NCBI GenBank assembly: GCA_965202585.1
Contig: OZ241833.1
Coordinates: forward strand, 23,746,001 to 23,810,000
Origin: Thalia democratica
Taxonomy: Eukaryota
DNA: 64,000 nt
Reading direction: 5' to 3'
The notes beneath the pieces are model-generated. The model was not told the DNA's origin, did no database searches, and worked only from the letters and a program-made list of their open reading frames with translations. Shown piece after piece: positions 46,801-55,445 of the stretch. The position numbers were made by a program, and so were the translations under genes. How positions within the stretch are numbered: position 1 is the stretch's first letter; the number at the start of each line of letters is the position of its first letter.

Positions 46801-49800
46801 TCTCACAATGTGCATCGAGAAAAACCTGTTCCTCGTTTATTTCCAAAGCAGTGGAAAGTTTGTTGTTTTCAGAATCTAGCTCAACCAATAATGAAGTTTG
46901 TCTTGGAACAACAGCAAACTGCGGGATGTCGTTGCTTAAAGTAGCAACAAATCTGCCTTCGCCGATTTCGACTTTCGTTGAAATCTTTTTGTCATCAACA
47001 TTCATTTCTCCTTGAACTCCGTCAGAAGTTTTAGACAAAGTAACCGCGAAAGACTCTGGCAGTTCGTTAAACTTGTCGTTGTCTACCACAAACTCAATTT
47101 TGTCCGCTGCGTTTGTAATTTTAACCAGTATGACGTCAACGTAGTTAACTACGTACTTGTTATCTCCTATAGAAAGAATCATGCTGTTTTCTTCGGGTAT
47201 AAATTCAGTCAACATTTGGTTCATCGAAAGCGTTACTTCTTTGTTGTAGCTTTCGACGTTATCGTCATACGATAGACCGAATTCAAATGCCTTGCGGTTA
47301 TCTTGCTCGTAAAAAGAGTTAAATTTAATCATAGAACCTTCAGTAGTGTAAACCGTTTTAGCTTCAACATGTTGGAAGTAGGGCAATGCGGTGGTAGATA
47401 TTTCAATACCAGCTTCAAATCTCGAGTCCTCGTTGTTTTGGATGTTTGTGCTGTGGGTAGTAACTAGTTCAAAAAACCTGTTTTGACTCCACTGGTCGGC
47501 AAACTCAACCCTCGTTCTAAAGCGACTGCTTTTATCCAAGTTTTCTAAGTCAACATTAGCCGAGTACTTGTTACCTAAGGCCATGAACACTACTTCACTT
47601 TCAAACCCTTCTTCTGAAAACGAATGGTCCAAGTTTAGTATTGCCGGGTCTCTTATATAACTGGATCTCAGCGTGTTAGTGCTTGTGAAACCGTCTCCTG
47701 GGTAAGTGTGCACTGAACGTAAGTCCAAAATGATCTCGTCCCCTCCCCTTACCTGAACCTCAACGGCTTTTTTGTTGACAAGATTTTGTATTTGGGCGTT
47801 GGTGTCAAACTGCATGCCGCGACCGCCATCCAGTTTACCCGAAACTCTGTACACGCCTGCAGCCGTCTGCTGAATGTCGTTGATGAGCTTCAGCTTCAAC
47901 CAGGGCGTCGGGATGAGAAGAACCATCGACTTGTGCAGCAGGCCGTTTTCCTCGGTGCTATCTTGGAACAACACTTTCAAGTAATCGTCGTTGTCGACTG
48001 AGAGGCTCATCAGCACGTTTTCGGGGTCGAAAGCGAGTTTCCAGTCGAGCGACTTTCTGTAGTCGAGCTCGCTCAAGTCCAGCTGAAACTCTCCGCCGAC
48101 CGACGTTCTCGAGTCGGAGGATCCCTGCGTGCTGAAGACGTTTTTCACGCTCACGTACTTGCCGTTGCTCTTGTCCAGCGCGTTTTCTCCGTACGCGAAC
48201 GACGCCGTCGTGGTGACGGCTTCCTCGGTGACGGCGTTGTCGGTGCTGAACTGCGCGTTCAAGCTCGGGTACTGCGACGAGACGAACTTGAAAGCCATGC
48301 TCTGCTCCTCGTCGGATATCTTTCGCTTGTGCACGAACTTCACGCTGATAAAATGAATTTGTAATAAAACATTTCTTTCTTAAAAAAAGTACTTATTGTT
48401 TATATTATAAGCAAAAAATCAAAAAACCTTTCTTCGTCTTGACCCATTGTTGAGTATTTAAGAGTAGCCGCCCAGTTGTCTGGTTTGTTTTTGACATACA
48501 GCGCAACGTCTGCGCTGTTTTGGTAAACCCCCGGAATTGCAACTAGAGCGCCTCCTCTAACTAAGAATCGCTTGCCTCCTTCGTTTGATTCGTCGTAAAG
48601 ACCAACTAGAAAAAGTTGCTTGTAAATACAATTGTATAAATAAATTTTTAACTTTACTGATAAAAATAATTCGGTTTATCTATGAACAAATAACGTATTA
48701 CAAACCTTTGAATTCAACTGGCTCGCTTAGGAACCCGATGAAGGACGAGTTGAACGAAATGATCTCTGACGGTTTGTAAGCTCCGGCAACGTGAACTTCA
48801 AAATTTTCACCGAAACCAGTGGAAATGGTCGAGTCCAACTTCAAGCTCGGTGTTTCTTCGAGCGTACCGTCGACGAATGTAGTCTAAGTTACATATTTAT
48901 AAGCTAAGTAGATTAAACTTAAAAAAAAAATTAAGTTGTTTTCAAAACCAAGTACAAGGCGAATTTTAAATAACATAAAGTAATAAACATCAAAATAAAA
49001 CACGAGTCTACTAACTTTCATTAACTGTTGCTCAGTTCCATTGTTGTTCATGTTTACGACAACTTCATGACTGTTTCCAACTTTGTTAAACTGCGCGCTA
49101 AGCTCCTGGCTGAAAGTTTCTCTTCTTTCCCACGGATACGTGATCGATGACGTAAGCCTCCCTTCGTCTTTGCTCATCTCAAACCTCATCTGATGACGTA
49201 AGTTACTGTACTCGTCTGACGTATCAAACACGATGTCTCCCATCAAGTAGGCGGGCACGACGCTGTCTTCGTCAGCAACGTAGTCGTAGCTCATGTCCAA
49301 AGAGTAGTATTCGCGACCGGGTGCTGAGTTGAAGTATACCTGGTAGAACGTCACTCCGTTTTGAGGAAATAATGAGTTTTCTGAAGATTTTATTTCACAA
49401 ATTTCTTCACCAAGGAAAAGATCGAAGCAATTTCGTTGTACGTCAACGTCTTCATAGTAATAGTAACGATAATCATCAACTTCTTTAAACTGGTTTTCAA
49501 CCGTCTTAAGCTTGTGAGAAAACTTGAAAACAGGGAAGTAATGTTCTGGTGTTCCAATTCTCATAGAAAACCTTCTTGAGCTGGTTAAGTCAGCAACTGC
49601 AGAAAGCTTCCACGAGTTAAGAGCGCTAGATTCGGTTTGAATTCCTGTAGTTGTGATATGAGAATCAACTGTCATTGCTGCATTGAAAACGACTGATGCT
49701 CTCGGATAAAACTCTGCATTGACTGACAGCTTAGGACTTGTGCTTAGGAGAGCGCTTAGGTCCATTTTACCAGTTCCGTAAAAAGAAAGGTTGGCCGTTC

Positions 49801-52800
49801 CGTTAACTACCATTTTTAATGGTAGACCAATCATTGTTGGCAAAGTAACATCTGTGCTAATCAACATCATATCTTTGTGGTATCTGAACTCACGGCCACT
49901 AGCAATGTCACTGACAATAGATGACACTTCGTCATTTACCTGTTGGTAAAAATTTGGGTATTTGCTGTTTCCGTATTTCATTTCATTTCCAAACATTCTC
50001 ATGTACCAGGAAGCGCTGAACTGATCCTTTTGCACGTTTGACTTGTACTTGTTAGTGGCTGCTTTAACGTTTGAGTCAGAAGCGAAACTGTCTATTTCCT
50101 CATCTGCTTCGGCATTCTCATCTTCTTCCTCAGGCTCGTTGGAACCGAAAATTTTACCGATCCCGGTGTTTTGTAAGAAAGTTTTTTCTTTCATAATGTC
50201 TTGCAGAATATTCTCAACTCCTTCAACACGACCTCCAATTTCGAAAATGTTCACAGCTTGCCCGAACAGTTCAAGAGTTAGGTTTAGGGACGCAGCTCTT
50301 GGAACAAATGACTTTGGTGAAAAAACTATGTTGGCATCACCATTAATACCAGCATTGAGTACTTCCGAAAAGTAAGACGTTTCATAGTTGTGAGAGTATT
50401 TTCTTGGGTCGAGGTCGTGAACTTTCATAAACTCAGCTTCAACTAGGTACGGTTTAAGATAACCTTTGAGAGGATCGCTTGAAGAAATAAGATTTCTTAT
50501 GTGGGTTGATACAAAACTAGACATTTGCAAGCTAGGCTCATCATCCATCATTACAATGAGATTTGACATAAAGTTTGTAGTTGGGCACTTCATGCTGGTT
50601 AAGTATGCGTTTATGCGTATCTCTGAATCTTGGTTAGAATCAAAAACGAGATTTTCAAAAAACTTAGTGGATCCACAAGGCATTCTTCTCAGAGCTTGGA
50701 TGGCAGCAACCCTTGTTTCGACGTCGTTACGGTCTTCGGTTGCACAGGATGCAACAGTACTGACAGAGTTTGCGGTACCAGCGTTACCAATAGCTCTCAA
50801 TGCAAGAATTATTTCTTGCTTTCGTTGGTCGTTAGGTGTGAAGCAGTTGTTACCCAGCTTCTTTTCAAAAAAACTCAGGGCATCGTTTACTGAGGTATGT
50901 CTAATACAATTTTTTTGTGAGTTGCAGATTCCGTAAATAACTGATCCAGTTGTCAAGTATGATTCTTCCTTCAATCTACCAGATTCCAACACATCCTAAG
51001 AAAAATATTTATTAATATGATTATTAATTAGTTTTGTTGAAATAGTTTTTTATCATAGAAATTATTTATTTATACTTCTTTAGCAATTGAAGTACATATA
51101 GTCATGTTTATTATATCGCTCTAATCACAGCAATGACTAACTACGAGTCCTTCCAACATTATAGGTGTTGGGTTTGAAACCAAGTTGATGCTAATAAGCC
51201 AGTCAAGGGAAGCTGAATCGTCCAATACGCCTTGAGCAATCAGTTTCGCACCAAACTGCACACATCCTTCTTCGCCGCAGTACTTGAGTGCATCCGTGAA
51301 TACGTGCCTGATGAAAACAAAACTCTTTTAAATTGTATTTTCTTTAATTGTATAACTAGCTCTAGTTTGTGTTTTCAACTAAGCTAGCGTATCTTAAAAT
51401 ATGTGAAAATGTTTTTTGTGTGCACATTTTCAACTTTTACTAACTACATAAAATAGCTCTAAAAGCTCATACTTGATGACGTCATTATGAGTAGGACAAA
51501 CGCCTTCAAGTGATTCGTACGCTTGAGCGATTGCCGCACCATCCAATTGTCTCAAGTGATAAACCATATGATTGAACTTTCTGCTCATCTTATTGTAATC
51601 ATAGAAATGTTGATGGAGGAATTCACACATTTCAAAAAGGTAGCTTTTGATTTGAGAAATGTCATTTTGCTTTTCAGAGGTAGATTCTTCTTCGAATTTT
51701 AAATCACTTTGACGTGTTTTGTATCCGGAGTTAACTGTAATATTTTAGCTTATTCAAAAATTCTTAGTTTAACTGTTTACCAAAAAAAGATTTAAATAAA
51801 TATCAACTTAATTAAAATTTTATATGATAGCTGATTTTTGTTATATATTTGGACTTACTATTGTTAGACATGATTGGTTCTCTATCAACAAATTCAACAG
51901 TTTTAGTAGCACTAGTTCTAGCTCCGTTTTGTTCCGAGCTGAAAGGGCGGAACACGTGCTCTTCATGACAGTTTACTTCAGTAATGACGTCATTCTTGAT
52001 TGTTTGAACACACCTTTGTTCTTGGTGCATGAGACGCTGACGTTCCTAAAAATATATCGTTTTTGATGAACATTGATAAATTTATAAACAGTATATAAGT
52101 TAATGGCGTTTTAAAGAAAATTTAAAACAGGTTAAATTATTACAAAAAATAATTGTTATTTTTACTTTAAATTTTTAAGAAAGCTATAAAAGTTTTGTTT
52201 TACTGATATTTAATTTAACGCTCAAAAAAAACTATTTATTTTTAAATTTAGAAAAATTACAAAAAGCATACTGAATCGCTGTCGTAGGAAGTAAATTGAG
52301 AAAATAGCAGCATTTTACTCTGTTCTTGGCAAGTTTCAAATTGTTTAGTTTTAGTTACTTCCCTTGTGTTGGAATCCAAGTAGTTAACATCATAACTAGA
52401 TAAACATTCACCACTGATATCAGTCTAAACAAAAAATACTTGTGAGTAATTTTTATTTGTATTTTTCAATGTAATAAATTTGTTAAATGATAACATTACG
52501 TAAAATTAAGTAATAAGTCATTTTTTAGAAATATCTGAAAAATAGTATAACTAAAATAAGCTAAAATAGAATAAACAGCTCACTTCTTTGTACATTCCAG
52601 AATCATGGGACGAAGAACTCTGTAAGGAGGACAAAATACCCTTCTTAATGTTCAATGCCCACTCTGGGTCCTCGTTGGACGCACAAAGCTTACCAATTTT
52701 GCCATCATTGAAAGCATAGGTGAGAGACTCAAGTTGTAAAGTCCTCGACCAATCTAAATAGTCCAAATATGGCTGATCTGGATTGCTCATGTTTGCAAAC

Positions 52801-55302
52801 AATATCTGTGAAAGTTTAAAGCTTTAACAACTTGATGCCAACAGTTTTTAAATATATATTTATTAACTTACGCGCAATGTATGCTCACAAGGACTTATTA
52901 TGTCCAACGCACACTTGGCTTGGATTGTTACTTCACTGAGTTCATTGAAATTTTCTTTTGATTGAAAAAACGATGATTGGACATTTGCTCTGTAGTTGTA
53001 GTTGTAGGTGTAGCCAACTTCGTAGTTGAAGTTTGAGCTCAATGTTTCTAAAAATGTTTTTGGTCGATAAGTAATACATTGCGTAAGTACTTTCACATTT
53101 AAATGAAATATAAACTGAACTAAAAAACTTTAGTAACAGATTTTTATAAATGTAATAAATATGTTTACTAATCAAGTATGTTATTTAAATAGTTGTAACA
53201 AAATTATATTGAATTTCGTAAGAAATGTTTTGATTGCTTTAAAAAATGGTGTTTGTACATAAATTAGGTTTAGAATAACAAAAATGTAGAAATATTTTTA
53301 AAGCTTAAGATTTTGTATGACTGACCTGGACATGTTATTGAGCATTCTTTATCCACTGATTCTGTAAATTTTTAAAAATAGTATTAGTAAAAAAATTATA
53401 GACAAATGTTATAAAATCTCAAAATCTTTTTTGTAAAGTCAAGATATTTTAATATATTTCGACTATTTAATTAATGCTAAACTAATAAATACTCTATAGA
53501 AATGTCGCTATTAAAATACTTATAAACTTTTAAATAGATTTCATTTCTATATTGTTTTGCTCAAGTTTATTACGTTTTTTGTGGTTTTTATTTACATGAT
53601 ATTTCAAAATTTAAGCACAAGTTTGTTGAAGAGAACGAAAACTAATTAAGATAAATATTTTTTCATTTGTAATATTTGTTTTACGGCAGCGTTTTCTCTC
53701 ACAGCAACCTTTGCTCCGAACGCACTTTCAGATAAGCAAAAGTTCATATCTACGAAAAACAAACAGATGCGTCAAAACAAGTTTGATTTGCGATAACAAA
53801 ATAAACTTTGTTATTTGTGCAATTTTGAACTTAACCTTGTAAACATTCGTTTAATTATCAAATGTCATCAAATTTATTTTTATACAGTGTTTCAGTTATG
53901 AACAAAGTGTTATGAAATTTTTCAATCACCATAAACTTGTTTACAGAGCAAAGACCAAAACAACTGTAAGAAAAAACACAGTTGCAATTAAATTAGTTAT
54001 GTAAAATGGTTTTTGTTGATTTATATAAATTTTTAAAATATTTATTTTAAAATAATAGTCGAAATTATTTTTATGAGAAAAGTAATACTTTAGTTTAAAA
54101 ATAATTGTTTGTTATGATTTTTAATTTCCAGTAACATCATGATGTAATTGTTCAATAAAACAGCTGAATACAAATCTTACAAAAATTTAAATCTATCAAA
54201 TTTTTGCATATTGCTTAAAACAAGTCTGGTTTGCGAGTGAAAAACAATCTTTGATATTATTTTTTTGTATTTTTTAAACTTAAGCTTATAAACAATCATT
54301 TAATTGCTAAAACTCATCATTTTTAAGCTTATCTTTTAAACTAGACTTCATTATCAACTATATGTACAACTTTTAAAGACTCTCTTAAATGTTTTTAAAT
54401 AAAGCTAAAACATTAAAACATTACGACAAAGTTTAGCGATTTTAAGTTAATGTATTTTTTACACGCTTGTACTTTTTCTTTTTTTATTTTAGTTTTTGGT
54501 TGATATAAAAGTTTAAAGCTAAAACTCAAAAAATATATTTATAAGCTAGCTAGTTACTTAAATTTCTATTTTTTTTTTATGTTTCAGAGTAGTTGTATAT
54601 TTAGAAACTTTAATTTGAATTATTAAAACAAGCTGTCATTGTTTTAAGAAAAATAGCTAAAAAACAAAAACCCTTAGAATGCTATATATAAATATATATT
54701 AAAACTTTAAAAAGTTTCTGCAAACAAGTTTAATTTTCAAAAACAAAATAATAATTGATATTTGCGTAATTCTGAACCTAACCTTGTAAACAGTCGTTTA
54801 ATTACTAATTCTCATTAAAACATTTTTTTTTCTACGTACTTTAAAAAAAAAATATGTACAAACTTTATAACTTATATCTAAGGATTTTTTTTTTATTTAG
54901 AAAATAATAACTTCTAATTTTGACCTTTTTATTTACTAATTAAAAATATAAGTTTATAGCAGTAAAATTGAAACAGTTAACTTCTAAAACAAAAAAAGGG
55001 TATTCAATTTTTTTTTAGTTAGGTTTCACTTTAATTTAGTTAATTTTCTATAAAACTTAACAAATTATAAACATAAAACACTGAGTCTTCTACCCAAATA
55101 ATATTTAAAACATGTTTCAAATTTGTTGCAAAATATAAAAAAACATTAATTTTTTATAAAGTAAAACTTTAATCATGAAAGCTTAAGATAACTTAAAATT
55201 GTATATTTTACTTTAATAAATAAAAAAATGCTTACTGGCTAGCCCTCTACTTATTAGCACTCCTAAAACGAGTAGACTAATTGTTAAGGCGTGAACTCTC
55301 AT
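34712..55302 (-). CDS. Apolipophorin/apoB-type large lipid transfer protein (LLTP), ~5127 aa: signal peptide, lipoprotein N-terminal (Vitellogenin_N) domain, DUF1943-like region, long amphipathic beta region, helical cluster, VWD, Cys-rich and vWA-like C-terminus; gene-level model
   Basis: 21 phase-consistent exons: 55302-55236, 53361-53326, 53047-52872, 52805-52584, 52424-52272, 52045-51859, 51734-51473, 51307-51142, 50995-49016, 48883-48706, 48605-48428, 48344-38285, 38068-37886, 37771-37511, 37306-37085, 36875-36523, 36249-36072, 35782-35621, 35453-35364, 35161-35021, 34840-34712. They sum to 15384 nt (5128 codons). LLTP motifs: WALNIKKGILSSLQ, ETDISGEC, LRAIGNAG, RVAAIQALRR, SEIRINAYL, DPRKYSHNYE, FVPRAASLNLT, PTMIGLPL. 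VWD motifs: FRTFDGRHFDF..C and GGLLGVFDNEP..DF. Confidence 0.93.
35021..35161 (-). CDS. LLTP exon 20
   Basis: VYGYSSGDVF..DSCADMAINSNGSVWSGKDM|gtaaga. A weaker in-frame donor at 34982 is also possible. Confidence 0.85.
35364..35453 (-). CDS. LLTP exon 19
   Basis: SSQVQSNLVSKKVQFHHMPIQSIESTSDNK|gtaagt. Confidence 0.85.
35621..35782 (-). CDS. LLTP exon 18
   Basis: ..GVDAINFASKLPFRAGSQQVILHLSCDMC..|gtaatt. Confidence 0.9.
36072..36249 (-). CDS. LLTP exon 17
   Basis: ..NTKYYVVGYGGPG..EPHSFT.., phase 2-0. Confidence 0.9.
36523..36875 (-). CDS. LLTP exon 16 (C8-like Cys-rich segment plus start of vWA-like domain)
   Basis: ACSSLF..FVSCFPVV..FEEMC..CNVAKAYQLTC..VDVVLVIQESSCL. Confidence 0.9.
37085..37306 (-). 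CDS. LLTP exon 15 (VWD, C-part)
   Basis: ..INPFYFASTGGLLGVFDNEPAFDFVNPDG..SVEDFARSWE|gtaaaa. Confidence 0.92.
37511..37771 (-). CDS. LLTP exon 14 (VWD, N-part)
   Basis: GRAFVSDFKNFRTFDGRHFDFESDCESSHILATDGSSGNFTIL.. Confidence 0.92.
37886..38068 (-). CDS. LLTP exon 13
   Basis: LTDVDFLSSP..IIEHIPPFK|gtttat. Confidence 0.88.
38285..48344 (-). CDS. LLTP exon 12, giant 10,060-nt exon (amphipathic beta region plus helical cluster)
   Basis: Uninterrupted 3356-aa ORF; acceptor tatcag|c at 48345/48344; donor aag|gtcggt at 38285/38284. Confidence 0.93.
48428..48605 (-). CDS. LLTP exon 11
   Basis: GLYDESNEGGKRFLVRGG..GQDEE ag|gttttt, phase 1-2. Confidence 0.88.
48706..48883 (-). CDS. LLTP exon 10
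   Basis: TTFVDGTLEETPSLKL..PVEFK g|gtttgt. Confidence 0.88.
49016..50995 (-). CDS. LLTP exon 9 (1980 nt; alpha-helical domain plus DUF1943-like region)
   Basis: Core of ORF 48884-50992; ttag|DVLESG..QQLMK|gttagt. Confidence 0.93.
51142..51307 (-). CDS. LLTP exon 8
   Basis: HVFTDALKYCGEEGCV..PTPIMLEGLV|gttagt. Confidence 0.9.
51473..51734 (-). CDS. LLTP exon 7
   Basis: NSGYKTRQSDLKFE..KFNHMVYHLRQL.., phase 1-2. Confidence 0.9.
51859..52045 (-). CDS. LLTP exon 6
   Basis: ERQRLMHQEQRCVQTIKNDVITEVNCHEEHVFRPFS.. Confidence 0.9.
52272..52424 (-). CDS. LLTP exon 5
   Basis: TDISGECLSSYDV..VTKTKQFETC..DSDS|gtatgc. Confidence 0.9.
52584..52805 (-). CDS. LLTP exon 4
   Basis: ILFANM..EDPEWALNIKKGILSSLQ..YKE|gtgagc. 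Confidence 0.92.
52872..53047 (-). CDS. LLTP exon 3
   Basis: TLSSNFNYEVGYTYNYNYRANVQSS..SPCEHTLR|gtaagt. Confidence 0.9.
53326..53361 (-). CDS. LLTP exon 2 (36 nt)
   Basis: ttacag|KSVDKECSITCP g|gtcagt, phase 1-1. Confidence 0.8.
53819..54818. repeat. Pair of ~55-bp diverged direct repeats in LLTP intron 1 (53819-53873 and 54763-54818)
   Basis: tgaacttaaccttgtaaacattcgtttaatta versus tgaacctaaccttgtaaacagtcgtttaatta. Confidence 0.7.
55236..55302 (-). CDS. LLTP exon 1 (signal peptide)
   Basis: MRVHALTISLLVLGVLISRGLA a|gtaagc; phase 1 fits exon 2. Confidence 0.85.
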
Positions 55303-55413
55303 TCTTTTTGTTCAGTTCTTCTTGAATTTAAATACTTTATATTCACTTGTTTTCTATAAAATGAACTGATCAACTTTGTAAAACTTGTGTTTGACTTGGA
55401 ACAGATTTTATTC

Positions 55414-55445
55414 CTTATATACGGTGAAATTGAACTTTGATACAG
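55414..55445 (-). promoter_or_regulatory. Candidate LLTP core promoter: TATA box plus HNF4/DR1-like site
   Basis: Minus-strand TATATAAG (55421-55414) about 110 nt upstream of the ATG, with gtatcAAAGTTCA (55444-55431) about 10 nt further upstream. Confidence 0.45.

Noticed and set aside
38273-48343. Treating the 3356-aa ORF as a standalone, prokaryote-like or viral gene
   Set aside because: Its apparent start is a GTG one base inside a canonical acceptor, and its end runs through a donor. It joins in frame to LLTP exons on both sides.
38285-48344. APOBEC1-type mooring sequence (TGATCAGTATA) producing an apoB-48-like truncation
   Set aside because: I did not spot it on the sense strand by eye, and APOBEC1 editing of apoB is a mammalian feature. 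A formal motif scan was not possible.
53690-53752. MNFCLSESAFGAK(VA) as the first coding exon of the LLTP
   Set aside because: It is not signal-peptide-like and its donors are phase 0, whereas exon 2 needs phase 1. Exon 55302-55236 fits on both counts.
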